DNA from: Selaginella moellendorffii
Taxonomy: Eukaryota > Plantae > Lycopodiophyta
Length of the DNA: 64,000 bases
Reading direction: 5' to 3'
Assembly: GCF_000143415.4 (NCBI RefSeq)
Contig: NW_003314268.1
Span: 1,873,243 to 1,937,242, forward strand
A program made the position numbers and the translations under genes. The notes under the pieces are model-generated. The model had not been told where the DNA came from, made no database searches, and saw only the letters and a list, made by a program, of their open reading frames with translations. This document shows positions 37,061-50,995 of the stretch, piece after piece. Position 1 is the stretch's first letter. Every line of letters starts with the position of its first letter.

Positions 37061-37630
37061 CTATGATACAGGGGGTGCCACAAGCTGAGGCGTGGCGGCT
37101 GCAGCTGGGTCGGGAGGTTGAGCTGCATCGGCAGCAGGTTCGGGTAGTTTCTTCTTCTTGCTTTTCTTGGCCACCTCGGCTGCTAGTTGCTCCTGGTATT
37201 GGCGGTTGAGCTCTTGCACTAAAGCTCTCTCCTCTTCATCCTCTTGGACAATCTGAGTCAAAGCCGCAATATTAAACTATGTCTCAAGTACTCGCTCTTT
37301 CTTTCTTTCTCACCTTGTCGAGCGTCAATACGTCCCTCCAGATGTTTGCTCCTTGTGGGCAACGAGCGTACCTGGGCAAAAAACAGCCTGAATACACGCC
37401 TTACTTAGCAAGGAGTGAATTTACTACTCTTGTTCGTAGAGTTGCTCCTCAATAGGCGACTGATATTCGCACCGGTGCTCCACCCACAGATTGCTTGATT
37501 CTGGATCATCCTTTTTGGCATACCTGCAAAAGAACGAGAAGAATTTACAGCGAGCACCTCCCGAGTACGCATCACATTGTGCACCTCCTGACCAACGACC
37601 AGTCAATGGACCGACCGACCGAGCCATTTC
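37061..37630 (-). CDS. Small spliced gene, unknown protein with a C-terminal coiled coil and Lys/Pro-rich tail
   Basis: Exons ~37523-37425 (YAKKDDPESSNLWVEHRCEYQSPIEEQLYEQE), ~37371-37314 and ~37260-37061 bounded by splice-like sites. Start uncertain. Confidence 0.5.
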
Positions 37631-37926
37631 GCGACACTGGACCAGGGTTTAGACGAAAGGGTGGAAATACTTGACACCCAGAACAGCTGCAGTCAGCCCT
37701 AGCGGTGTTGTCAGCAAATCACTCGGCTGCAACGCAAGAGTTGATCAGAAATGTAGTTTGAACAACGTGCGCTCTTTCACCTTGACTCTGTACGCTAGCA
37801 GGTCATCCTGACCGGTGTAAAACGCGGGCGCCTTCTTCTTTGGAGCCATTGGTAAGCCCCAAGCGGCAACGGGCGTGGCACCACCTTTTAATGCGAAGAA
37901 TATTCACATTCCTTGTTTTTAACACA

Positions 37927-39781
37927 TCAATTCCTGACAGCCGTTGAGACGAGGACGAACATAAGCTGCTCAAGACCGTGTTGCAACTTCCCGACGGCAG
38001 CACTTCCATCGCTCTGAAGGTCACAGCACAGCGCGCGAGCCTTGTCCTCAATAGACTGGTACCTCGCAGAGGCGGGAGCTTGCTCCTCGATCACTTTCTT
38101 CTTGGCAGCCTGAAACGCTGCTACAACGTCCCCAATGCCTACACAGCCGCTGCTCTATATAACCGGAAAATTGCTCGTAAAGGCTTACCCGTTACAAAGC
38201 TGTCTGAAATTGCTTCCATATCAGTAACCATATTGAGCGCCCGGCTCCTGACCACAAGAGCTTTGCTTAAGCAGTCCTTGGGCCATTCAAACTCGCGGCC
38301 ATCGCTTTCTTTCGCTCCTGATTCCTCTGAGTTGCCTTCCCGGAGGGACCTGCTCAATAGCACGAGGTGCGACATGCAAACGGCGCACAGCTCCGATAGT
38401 CTCTGCACAAAATCCAAAGCTCTAGAGCTTGAACGGCAAGAGAAAAGAACAAAGGCCTTACGTGGACGCCTTCTGCTTTGATCGCTTCTATGCGATCCCA
38501 CGTCTTCTGTATAACCTCACTGACAGCCAATCCTTCGAGTGTGGTGGTAAAGCTAGCATTTTAGAGGCGACCATGCGTACATGTGAGAGACAAAAGCCAA
38601 CAAGCATACCTAGTCGCCATTTCCGCAGCTTTACTGACACCAGCTTCACGTAGTGACTTCACCTCACTTCCATCTAGCAGCGATTCTGCTCCAATTTTCT
38701 TACCTTTATCACCATCGGCGGAGCAGTCACCACCATCTCCAAGACTCAACACGCGAGGAACCTGCTTGCAGAGCTCGTCGAAAGCAGCGCGCTCTTCCGT
38801 AGACATTTTTGATTTTGCTCGGTTGCAGACCAGTGCGTAGTGACTGGAAAGAGCCTCCAGTTCCTGAATGCAGCGCATCTCTCCATCAGACGGAGGAGAG
38901 CCACTTGCTTACCTCGAGATGTTCTGGACCCCCGTAAATGTAGAAGCAGTGGTCAAAACTTGCATCTTCTGCTGCATTCTGTCGGTTTTCTGCTTGGTCC
39001 CCAACGCCGTCGAGCGCCAGAATATCCAGAGTCTCCTTCCCCACGAACTCCAAAGCCTTGAGACTCTTGGCGGTCAACTCCCTGCCGCTCTACAATCTAG
39101 ACAAGTTTACGACGCCCAACAAACTTGAGCTCCTACCTGGATGAGCTTGGGAGCAAGAGCACTTGCCTTGGCGCTCAGGCCCTCGCTGTGAACGCTACCC
39201 GCAAACACTTCGGCCGAGCTCTCAATCCTGAGTAGATGATGGTGGAAGTGTGAGCAAAGGCGTGCACGTTTGCATACCTGTGGACAAAGCTCATCCCTCC
39301 TTTCCAGGCATTTCCCAAAGCCTGGTATGCCTCGGACGCCAAGTTCTCCATGGAAGAGTCCAAGACCTTGAGACCCTGGCACATCGCGGGGCTAGTTAGT
39401 GCTAGATTCACCCAGCCATGGGAGTGTACGTACGTGGCCGATGCTGGAATCCCTACTGGCACCCTCCAGCCTCTTGAGCGCATCCCTGCGTAGCTTGTCG
39501 CTGGGAGAATCTTCGTCTGCGCCTTGCGCATCCTTGGCACTAGTCTCCTCGGCTTTGTCCGTGAGCGATTCAGCCAGCGTCGACTGCAAATCAGCCATGC
39601 CCTTGGCCGCTCCTTTGGCTGCCTCGACGGCCTGCAGCACACACACATGGATCCACCAAATCCGAGCTTGACTCGCACTCACATTCTTGGAGATGCCTTC
39701 CGCTGCCTTGTGCAGATCCGCAAGAGCTGCAAAGCCCCACGACCCCCATCCCCAGCTCCCCTCCTCCCGCTGCTCCGTCAT
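37927..39781 (-). CDS. FAM114A-like (DUF719) protein, multi-exon
   Basis: GSWGWGSWG N-terminus, TAKSLKALEFVGKETLDIL and FDHCFYIYGGPEHLEELEALS are typical of the family. Short GT-AG introns. Confidence 0.75.
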
Positions 39782-39857
39782 GGCCGACAAGAAACAAAAC
39801 CCTAGGCTATGCTATGCCCACTTCCACTTGTGTCATTACACTCTCAATCCAAGCAAG

Positions 39858-41931
39858 TTACAACTCTGGGGAGGCGGCCACCGGAGCAACCCGCCACGCC
39901 TGCCTTGACATCTTGAGCTTGTCCACCTCTTGCGATTGCAGCTCGCTGCTCTCGCCGTCTCCACCGCCGTCTCGTGATGCCGACGAGCCAACCCACATCG
40001 CATTTGAGAAGCAGCTCTCGTCGTCGTCACCACCCAGCACATGATGGTGAGCAGCGGCCGCCGGAGCCGCAGCGGGAGCGGCATCGTCAACGGAGGCGTC
40101 TTGGTCGCTCGTGCTTGTCGACGAGTCGGAGGTTTCCACAGTGGGCTGGCCGAGGCTCACTTGCAAGAGCTTGTGCCGCCGCTCCAACACGCCCCTGTTG
40201 AAATGCGGCGGGGACGTTCGAGAGGTGGGCGACGCTTGCTTGTTTATGAGCTTGTTGAGCACTTTGTTGGAGGTGGCCACCTCCCCGCGCCCTGCTGCCG
40301 CCCGCGCTGACACCAAGCCGCCACCTCTTCTCTTTCGTCTGCTGCCGTGCTTCACCCTCTGGAAGCTATCGTTCCTCGTTGCGGGCTCGGCCTGGCTGCT
40401 GCCCTCCTCCATTACAAACAGGTCGGACACATCGGCCAGCCACATGGTTTGCTTGTCCTTCTTCAGAGCCTGCGCACGCGTCACCAGGCGGTGTAGCCTG
40501 GCCTCCGCCGCTTGCGTGTCTGGGCTCATGGCTGCTGCAGTTGCATCCAGTGCCTGCTCTGCACGCGTCGAAACACCGTCCTCGTTGGCGATGACCGCAA
40601 GCCGGGAGCTTTTCTTCTGCGAGCCACCACCCTCGTTCAAGCCTCTACTCGTTACGTATAGTGCTACACGACGTACCTTGCCTCTGGACACCGCAGCTTC
40701 GTGTGGCACCACAGGTTTCAGAGCAGGAGCGTACAAGCCAAAGGCACCGTCCGGCTTGCATCTATTGCGAGACAGCTTGTGTACTTTCCATTCCTCGATC
40801 CTCGACAGGCAGCGGCCGTCCAAACAGAGCTGAGTGAGGCACGTCAAGAGCGTCCGGATTTTGTAGCGGCTGCACATACCTTGCCAGGGTCCGGAAAGAA
40901 GCTGAACACTTTCTCCCGATAGTCACGAGCGTAGGTGACGGGATTCCCTTGGAGGCAGAGCGACGAAAGGAAGCGCAAGCCTCCAAACCTCTCCAGCTCG
41001 CCAAAGTTGGAGATGGTGTTGTGCGAGATGTCGAGATGGCGGAGTAGGACAAGGGTGTCGATGCCCCTGGTAATGGAGAGCGCGTTGAACCTGAGGATAA
41101 GAGTGGTGAGAGAGGAGGACACCTGCGTGGTCAAGGAAGTTGGTCAGGGAAGCCAAGCGTGTGACATCAAACCTGGTCTAGCCTGGACACGGACTGGATC
41201 CAGTTGAAGCCCAGGTCTAGAAACTTGATCTGCTTGCAGCTGCCAAGGTTGAGGACGTGCGTCAGCCTGTTCCTGCGGAGGTCGAGCACCTCCACAGCTG
41301 GTAGCAAGTGCAACGAGTCGTCCATGACGGGCAGCGCGTTGCAGGCGCACGAGACGGAGGCGAGGCGGCTCCACGACTGCGCGCTGCCAATGTCCACCAT
41401 CCGCTCGGCCAGGACATGGCGCAGAGCATCCTAGGTCCCCTAAAGGGCATCAAGGATTCAAGGTGGCAAAAGGCAATGTGGTCCACTTACCGTGGAGTTG
41501 TGGCAGATGAGCTTCTCCAGGTGGGGGCGGAGGTGGAGGAGGCCCCTGGCGGCGGAGGTGGACAAGTCGCAGCCCCGGAGCTCCAGCGACCGCAGCCTCT
41601 CGAACGGCAGCAGATTGATGGGCGTGGGATCCCGAGCAGGGGATTGCACAAGCGACACGACCTTGACACTGGCCAGCAGCCCAAGGACACGGCGGAGCAG
41701 CTCTAGAGCCCGGTGGTCGCCAAGGTCCGCGATGTAAGCGCGCAGGTAGTCCACGGGCGCCGCCGTGTGCAGCTGCTCCAGCTCCTGCAGCGAATCCAGC
41801 CGCGCCTGGAGGTAGTGCAGGCCCAGCGGGTTGAGCTTGAGCACCCGGCTCCCGTCCAGCAGCGCCGCGACGTTCTCCTCCACGAAGCGCGCCAGCATGT
41901 CCAAGTACCTGTCGCCCGTCACGATCTCCAT
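39858..41931 (-). CDS. Leucine-rich repeat protein, STK11-interacting-protein-like (annotated 'outer arm dynein light chain 1' family in plants)
   Basis: MEIVTGDRYL...LKLNPLGLHYLQARL...PVDYLRAYIADLGDHRALE...LRSLELRGCDLSTSAARGL, followed by LRR exons (LDLRRNRL, LDLGFNWI, LDISHNTI, LCLQGNPV). Confidence 0.8.
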
Positions 41932-42070
41932 GGCCGCAGGCAGGGCGGCCTGGAAGCCCGACCTAAGAGAAGCGAATATTCCACCGGGGCAAGGGTCGTG
42001 GCCGTTTGACGAGTCAACCACAAGCGCTTGACACGCGGAGTCTTACTTTTGGAGGGCGTCGCCAATCGCC

Positions 42071-42506
42071 ATGGCGGGAGACGACGACGCCGCAAATGTT
42101 CGTGTCAGGCTGCTCGTCAGGGCGGTCCCGGTTCGGAATTACCTGGTAGGTAAGAGAGCACGAAAGCCCCCTTCATTTTCACCTGCTGCGTTTCCACCTT
42201 TACAGGAGGATAATGTTGTGCCCTTGCTCATGCAAGGGATGCAAAGCTTGATTGTGGATAGGTTTGTATACATACATATATGCCTTGTTACAAGTGGAGT
42301 TTTTCAGGCCTCCCAACCCGGTTGGGTACTTGGGTGAGTTTCTGGTGCGGAATGACCCCATGAGACCACCAGAACCCGAGAAGAAGACAGAATGCGAGCA
42401 CTGCGCACACTCTCCGCCGCCGCTGCCGACTCCTCCAGCTACAGAGGCTCCCAAGACAGACGAAGCTACCCCGGACGGAGACTCCGCAGCAGCACCACCA
42501 GCATAA
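42071..42506 (+). CDS. DPY-30 motif protein (3 exons)
   Basis: Removing introns 42146-42205 and 42262-42307 gives AVPVRNYLEDNVVPLLMQGMQSLIVDRPPNPVGYLGEFLVRN, a canonical Dpy-30 motif. No single ORF in the track shows it. Confidence 0.82.
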
Positions 42507-42648
42507 ATAACGTTCAGCCTAGTCGTCGTCCCCATGAAAATACAATTCCCTTGTACGATGCCGTACGGAGCCGTGTGCCTCTTGACGTGGCGCCAAACAT
42601 TTAAACATTTGAAGTCGCGCCTCTTGCCAAGCCCTAATACACAGGAGG

Positions 42649-43408
42649 ATGAGGAGGAAGAAGAGGCCGCACAAGAAGCGTGCCCGGAAGCGCAGCAGGG
42701 TTTGCGGGAAGCGTAAGGGGAAAACGATTTGTAAGGGCGAAATGATCTGCAGCGACAGTGGCCTTGGGGCAATTAAGAAGCGCGTCGAGGTAGCAACCAG
42801 CAACAAGGAGGACGAGCCGACGTCCGCCACAGCGGGGGCATCAGCGTGTGGGATTTGCTTTACGGACGATAGAGAGAGGGGGAAGCTGGATTGTTGTGAC
42901 CATTTCTTTTGTTTTGGGTGTATTGTGGAGTGGTCAAAGCTGGAGTCTCGATGCCCGATGTGTAAGCAGAGATTCATGACGATTGTAAGGTCCACTCATC
43001 CTGGACAGCCCGCCAGCCGAAGCCGAACCATTCATGTGCCTATGCGCGATCAGGTACTTGGCTTTCATGATCCACCAGCGCGATTCTAACTTTGGACTCC
43101 AGGTCTATGAGCCCTCGGACGAAGAAGTCCGGGATCTAAGCGACCCGTATGCAAACATTGTGTGCGTTCAATGCCAAGAGATTGGTGACGAGGGCCTTCT
43201 CCTCTTGTGTGATTTGTGTGATTCGGCAGCACATACTTATTGCGTGGGTCTGGGAGTTTCAGTTCCTAGGGGCGACTGGTTTTGCCAATGCTGTAGGGCT
43301 TCTTTTCTAGGGAGCCCCAACCTTAGCATTACTGCTGCTCCCACTCAAGAACATCAGCCTTCTGCCCACCAACATGCCCAGCAACAACACCCGCTCGAAA
43401 CCACCTAA
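42649..43408 (+). CDS. RING finger + PHD finger protein (PHRF1-like)
   Basis: CGIC...CDHFFCFGC...CPMC RING, intron ~43054-43103, then CVQC...LLCDLCDSAAHTYC...WFCQCC PHD. Confidence 0.85.
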
Positions 43409-43522
43409 ACAGCAAACGTGAAGAGGGAGAGAGAGAGAAAAAAAGAAAGAAGAACACAGCAGATTAAACATGGCTAGCAACTACATGGCATTTGCCATTT
43501 TATTAACTTTGGCGAGTACGGC

Positions 43523-46500
43523 TTAAGTTTCTTTCCAGTTGTGATGCTCCACCATGCACCGAATCCACGCAACTCCACCATTCGGCAGTTCGTATGGCCA
43601 TCCTTCGGTCGCAACGACTCCATCGTAGACACCCCTTTCCAAACTCATGTGTCTTGTTGTTGCAACGTTGAGTGTGACAGTGCTTTCTTTGCCGCTACTC
43701 CCACAAGATTCAGCACCATTGTCTGAAGTTGCTGTGTTTACAACCTGTTGTTGATCCTGAGAACGAGCAACGTTACCACCGCCGTTATCCTCCTCACTGT
43801 GCTTCAACTCCTGAATAATCAATTGCTGCTGTGCAGCATGTTGACGTTGATAGGCACTCATGCTCTGCCTGTAGTGCCTCTCAGAAGGAGGCATTTCAGA
43901 GTGGAGCTGGTGCTCATTTTTCCTTAAATCCGTAGGATTGATGTTCCTGTTATTATAAACCTGGATGCTTCCTCGTAATTTTGCTGCCGAGTCGATGGAA
44001 GCCCTTGTGTAGTGACGCCATGCGGAAAAGTAATCTATGAGCTTATGTTTCTTATACGCTGCCTCAGCAGACCAGAGTCTTTCCCTTCGCTTGTTTCTTA
44101 AAAAAACAAAAGATAACAGGTTTTTTAGGCCAGCAAACAAAATCGTATCACTTAACAGACCTTTGATTTGCGTAGTCTCCCCAGGCATTCATTATCTCAC
44201 GTATGGTCTCCCAGAATTGACCAGCTTGGATTAACTCCAGGCACTCCTTCAAGACTCGAACTCGCTCGTGATTATACCGCAACAGTGCTTTCCACTGGAG
44301 CCAAGCTTTCTTCAAGCATCTGCTCTCCGCGACTTTAGCCGCCTCAAACTCGTACTTTTGATTTGCTTTAATTCTTGACCAGCTGGCTCTTCTCCACCGC
44401 ACAAATGAATTTCTTTTTACTGTCAGCATCCATTTCCACTTGACATGCCTGAATGTTCGAGATTGTGTGACCAGCGCTTGCCAATGTGACCAAATATAGC
44501 GCTTCAACTGCACCTTCCATTTGTTCAACAGAGCCATCGCGGTCCTGCTAAGCTGCGTTTTGCATTTCCAAACCAGAAGTATTCCATGCAAAAGCTCAGT
44601 TTTCTGCCTCCGTTCCCTGCACGATAAAAAAAAAAACATTGAATCGTAGAAAGGACTGTGACCACTTACGTCCGACTTGCCATTCCCATCGCCTCACGTT
44701 GAATTAGCCTTTGCTGATAATGCTCTTCTCGGCGAACTGCAATCCCTCTAACAAGGCCATGCCACGCCCATATAATTCGCTTCTCCAAAGACTGCAGGAT
44801 GATAAAGGTGACTTGTTTTTGCTTACATCTCCAGAATGCTCCTTGTTCTGAATGATCTATCCATTTCTGAAGATATATAAACTTAAGTTAGTTCACAGAG
44901 TGTTTTCTCTTACCTTAAAACATCGGTAAACAAGGCACTGTGACTGATAGCGTGATTTCTTGGTACATGCTTGCCAGAAAGGAAAATAACTCTTTTTGAC
45001 CATCACTCGATGATAGTATGAGACATGGGATTCCACACTTCTTAAGTCCTTCCTGAATGGAATTCAAGAGTTTAGCGTAGCCAAACTATGCATGTGTTTA
45101 CCTGCCACGAAAACCCAGCTTCCAGGTGCTCAATGTTCGCTGTGAAGACCTCCGTTTAAATGCCCAATCGCGCTCTCGAAGTTTTTTCATAATAGCACTG
45201 TGTGAATACCATCCCTGCATATCAGCTTGTGGACATGGTTCACTGTGAAACTTAATGTCCTTTTTACCTTCAAAATAATGCTCGAAAGACGTTGACGATG
45301 CCAGAATGCCGCTGTTGCAGCTTTTTTGCTTTCCTTATGCGTCTCAAATGCTTTTAGCACCTGTCAGTGACGTGTTCGTTTGAGAAACAACGCATGGAGT
45401 CGCTCACTTGTCTTTTGATATGCCAATGCTCCTCTGTAAGTTGGTGGAACGATCTCAGAGTCCGTAACAACAAACGTTGCTCATGTAGGTGCTTCAACTG
45501 TGTCATGGTTACTTTTTCTTCGGACGACATGTAGGCTTCCATTGACCATGCGTTGAAAACTAGCCTCTTACAAGTCTTGCGCAACTTGTCTCTAGCGTCG
45601 GCATAAAGATTTCGTTTTTGCTGCTGCCCTGTCTTCCATTCCAAAAGCTTTCTAGCCACAGTTCTCAAAATGAACCGTCTTCGAAAGTCACAAGCTTTTT
45701 CCATTTGTCTCTTGCATAACAGATGCTTATGTGTTACACACTCCCAATGTCTCAGTGTCAAGCGGGCCGCGTAATTCTTCCTTTTGCTTGCAACTGCTAG
45801 CTGCACAAGTTGCAGCTTCTTTGAGCATTTAGTTGCATCAAACCTAAACATCATGATTTGTTACACCCAGGTATAGCACTTCCCACCCACTTTACCATTT
45901 AACGTATTGTTTCCGCTTTCTCCGTTGCATGAAATAAGTGAGAACCTTCTTTAGGAAAACGCTGTGGCTCACTAGCCGGCGCCATCTCGCAAATGTATGG
46001 AGGAGCTAAAACAGATATTAGAACCATTGGCAAGTTCCTGCCCCAATTCCAACCTGCTCATATCGAAGCTTTGAAGTAGCCATGGCTTGTTTTGCCCGGA
46101 CATGTTTCGCCTTGAAGTTTAAAATGTTAATAATATCTACTGCCTTGGAAACTTACCATTCGGGTGATATCCTGCCATGCAAGAAACGCGTTCCTTGCGA
46201 ACTTGTAAAACGCACGCTTTTTTATCTGGAATCAGCAAACATAATGGTTTTTTGTTTTTTTTTTTTATAAAAAAATTCAAGGGAAATACCATTTCTTCCG
46301 CTAATCTTTTCCTTTTCATTCTTGTAACAAACGATTTCCAGGTAGCATGAAAATGCTTCAAAAGGGAACGCCTACGAATTTCAGATGCCACTCTTAAACA
46401 CTAGTGAAGTTAAGATCAGACAAATGATCTAGGAAAGCGGTTTAAGACCACCCACCTTTTTCTTGTGAGTGTTAGACACCCAGATATGAAAAGTTTTAAA

Positions 46501-49500
46501 AAGCTGTGTCCTGTTTTGACGTTGCTGGAGGAATGCAACTGAGAAAGGCGCACGACACATGTCAAATATTTGCTAATGTTTTTTGTCGCCTACCATTTTT
46601 CTCTTGAACATTCCTTTCCTTTGTAAACAAAAGCCAAAAATGAATTGCTGTTTGAAGGCACGAATATTCAATGCGGATTTTTAAACCTGTTAACTGTTGA
46701 AGCTTAACTCTGTTGTCCTTCAGCTAAACCGAAGTCAAAGTAGCAGTAAGTATCAAGAAACGGCCAGCTTCTTACCACATGTAGCCATCCAAAGAATGCC
46801 TTCTGAAAATTCAAAAGTCTATAGTGCGAATGTGCCTTTTCATTTGCCAAAGCCAGATCCTAAGCAATATAGAGGCTCTGTTAACAATGCTAGGAAATCT
46901 AAGGAATATCACCTTGACACCAGCTACAAATGTTTGCCATCCAATCCACACTAAGTTGTACAGCTTACTTTCAAAGTGGAGCATTCCCTGGACATATATT
47001 TTTTTGAAGTGTTTTTTCTCTCTGCAAAGATGTGTCATATGATGCATCGCCTTGACTGTCAGTGAAACAAACTAGATCTCAATGGCAGAAAAGTGATATG
47101 ACATTCTTACCTTGCAACCGTAGCGTTTTAGCAAGCTTGCAAAAATTGTGTTTTCTTGCAAAGTAAGCAGCGGTTCGAAAGTTAAGAAAACTCTTTAGTA
47201 ACAGTTTTCTTGAAAGGTGATTCAATGCAAGTAGGTTATTTTCTCTTTGCCAGGCTTTCATTTTATACCAGTGCCTCCATATTTCAAAAATCGCAAATGT
47301 TGAGTGGCATGTCCAGCAGCGTAGAAGAACCCCAGCAGTGTTCCAATTGTCGGGGTGCTTTTGCAATCCTTCCTGAACCTGCAACGGCCTAAACTTTGTG
47401 CATGGGAAACATAAAATTATACCTGAGCAACAAGCAGTTTTTCAGAATGTCTTGCACATGTGGACTTCCTCCACTTTCTTAAAAATGTCTGAACCATGTT
47501 CTGCATGTGTCCTACTTCGAGGAATCTATACTTGGACCTTTTCTGGCTGTGCACCACGAGCGCATAAAAAAAATCGCGAGTAGAAACAATAGTGTCATTT
47601 CTACAGGATAAATAATTAATAAATTATTTATAGACGTATACCCTGACAATACCTCGGTGGCTCTATGTTCTTACAATACTTTATCCAGTAATTAAATGTA
47701 TCCTTAAGGACCTTCAGCTGCCAGTAATCGTAAGCTGCACGTAATTTCTCCCTTTTGTCCTGTGATAACTAACAAGAGGGAGGGATTGAAATTACATTGC
47801 AAAACATCGTCACGTACCACAGTGTGCTCCGATAAAATTCTTATAAGAAATTTCGCGCTTTTGTTTTTTCTATGCGAACAAAACTGAGAAATAATCAGCT
47901 GCAAAAAAAAAATGGTCGGATCTGATTTTTCTACTGTCCAAAAAGCTAACCTCATTATTGAATTTTCGAAGCCAGTTTTGCCAGACCAAAACCTTCCTCT
48001 TCTCCATATGAAATCGATTCATAATGATAGAATTCTGTATAAGAACAGGACATTAAAATCCATATGACTTTAAAATACATGCCTGCTTCCTGGCTAAAGA
48101 TTTAGAAGTCCAGTCCTTCCACCGATGTAAAGCCCTTTTGCAATGCCAGAAGAAGAAATGTCTAATGCTGAAAAATGTTTCAAGTGAGTTCAATGTTACA
48201 GCTAGTACACGTGGGAAACCTGGAGACAGCAAGCACTTTCTTTAGATTTTGATGTGAATGCCATTCTCTCCACGCATAAAATGATCGTTTTTTATGGGTT
48301 AACAAGTGCAGCATGCGGCATTTTCTCAGCGACTGTTGCCCCTGGCACCAAATCGACCAAAATCGAAGCGCTTTCAGTTGGGACGACATTTTTCTCCAAT
48401 CATATGCCTTTGTCTTTGCATGATGCAGCTGAATGCTGTAGCACATCCATCTCTGCACATATAGAATGAGCATTTCCTCTTTAAAGCGATGGACTACAAA
48501 CCTTCCAAGTGTGTAAAATGAAGTGTTGGCGCCGGTTTTTCCACTTTTGCCAGCAAAGAACAACCGTCGCATTGTGAGTCGCTTTCGCTCGTGCATAAAT
48601 GTGCCATCCTGAAATGTTCAGCAGCATCAATTGTTTTCTAATTTGATGGTTGGCTACCAGTCAATGTCAGGCGCTTGCGCATTGCTTGAAGTTTCAAGGT
48701 AAAATTACCCAAGTTTATGTTTACGAAAAGCCTGTCAATATAAATCCTGACTACCTCAGAAAGCCACAACCTCTATAGCTCTCGCGTACCTCTGACGCCA
48801 GGCACTCAGATATCTCTTGCTCAAAGATAAAGCTCTATGAAAGTTCTGAATCCAAAATAATGATGCAAATTTAATTGCTAAAAAGAAGAGCTTCCTACCA
48901 GGTTAACAGCTGGCCCATGGATTTCCAAAATTTTTCTAACTTTGTGTCTCCAGGATTTAAATGCCTGATGTTTTACAGCGTCCACTCCTAGCTCCTACCA
49001 GCAAAACAAGCTTAAATCCAATGTTTCGGTATTTTTATGCACACTCACATTTATCATATTAATGAAACTTTTCCAGTTTAAAAAATATGTATGAATAAGC
49101 CGTCTCTTGCTGAATTCTTTGCTAAGATCCATAAGCTCAAAAGTCCAATCAACATGCTTTCTCCATTTTTCCATGAAGTGCACCAAAAAATGCCTGAACG
49201 TCAAATTTAAGAAAATTCAACAATGTCCCACACGTACCTCCTGTGCCAAAACGTAGCGCATTCTAGAGTTCCAGATAGATGACGCTGCCAATGTTGGAAT
49301 GAGTTCAATAATGAACGCTTCTCGTGGAAGCACACAGCACGCTCCCACAGCCGTATATTTTTATTATAATTTGCCTTGGATCTTTTCAGTTGAAAAACTA
49401 ATCTGCTATAATCGCAAAAATAAATTAAGGATAGAACAGAATGAAATGGATTTGAATAAGAACCTCTGCCAAAGGCTAAATGCTCGCTCGAATGCAGAAT

Positions 49501-50995
49501 TGTTCTGATTGGCTGCAAAACCATTTTGTTTAGATTTTTTTTCAAGGACTGGAAGATTACTTTCAGGAACTCCATTCTGAAATAAAGAAGTATATTAGGG
49601 CCTGTGTTACAGAATTTTAGCATACATCACTAAGGTTACTCATGTGTTGCTTAAAGTCGCGTCCATTGCTTGCATTCTGAGGCATTGTCACGCCAATGTT
49701 TAGCGAGTCACGGCATTGCATAGGTTCTCCCTGCAGTGTGTGGAGTGTGTTACACAATCGGAGGTGTCTATAACCACGATGGAACTGTTGTTTATGGTGG
49801 CAACGCCATTGAAGCCAATAAAATAGAAGCACCTTATGACTGTGAAAGCCATTCACTTTTAAAAGCAGATCGTTTCTCTGCAGAATATACACTAATTAAA
49901 AATATCACACACATATAGTTACCAATATCTCTTTGTTAAGCTTGTTCCACCAATCATGTTCGGGCCTTAGACTAAGTTTTAAAAGCATTCTATAGTAGAA
50001 AGTGTCCTCGGTAGGATCCTGGAGAAGAAGAAGAATTACGTAGAATCTGTACACATCTGTACACTCTGTACACCTACCAATCCATGTCTTTGTAAGACTG
50101 TATCATATGCACGCAAGACGTCTGTAAGGCGGACCTGTGAAAAAGACCATCCTTGTCAGCAGAAGTATGAGGAACGAACTGCTACCTCTGATGATTCCAT
50201 ACGTGCCAAGACATCAGCAAGTCCAAAAATTTCACGTATGAGAGAAAAATCTGCATTTTAGTTGTAGGGAGTTACCATCAGCCACAGTTCTCCCAAACCT
50301 TTGAGCGCAAATGGACGCTTGCTCCTCGGAAGAGCTTTATATGTGAAGTACTTAGCATCGTTGAGAGCGCATATGTCCTTGTCTGTGAGTTCCATGTCGT
50401 ATGCCGGCCTTCCTTTCCGGAAATTGAAGTGAAGACCATATCCCGACTGCAACCCTGTTGTTTGGAGCTGGTTTGCTGTTGAGGTTTGAGCAGTGTCCTT
50501 ACGCTTTCTTGAATCTCGCACGTGTTCATGTTTCCCGTTTGAAAACCTCTTTCTTAGATCTTCAGAAACCTAAAATAAAAAGTTATACTTGTTCGAGAAA
50601 CACAGCCAAATGCGTACTGGGACTGCAGTGTTAGTGTCTTCAGCATGCTGAAAACTGGCAGGTTTCAGCATTGACTATAATCTGCCTTGTAAAGTGTTCC
50701 TAGACAGGAAAACTCCTGTTTGGCTTTTCCCCATACTCCCAGCTCTCAGGATTGTTAAGTACTCTATGGCGGAGAGGGAGCTATTTCTTTCCTGCACATT
50801 GTTAGCAAAAACTGCATATCCCAATGAACCCTAAGCACAATAAGTGCAAGTTATACCATCAAAATTATTTTTCTTTTGGATGGTTTGGATGTAAACACGC
50901 GTAAATTCGGTTAGGACGGTTTATGTGTGCGTCTCAAAAAGAAGGCAGAGGGAGAGAACCTATGTTTGCCTGCTATCCATGTAAATCTTTACCAT
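43523..50995 (-). CDS. Sfi1-like centrin-binding repeat protein (many short exons)
   Basis: Many exons with L-L-x-x-x-F-x-x-W repeats (LLNSFQHWQ, RLVFNAWS, LIDYFSAWR, RSFYAWREW). N-terminal VLRAYDTVLQRHGL/DPTEDTFYYRMLLKL motif at ~50135-49960. Start uncertain. Confidence 0.72.
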
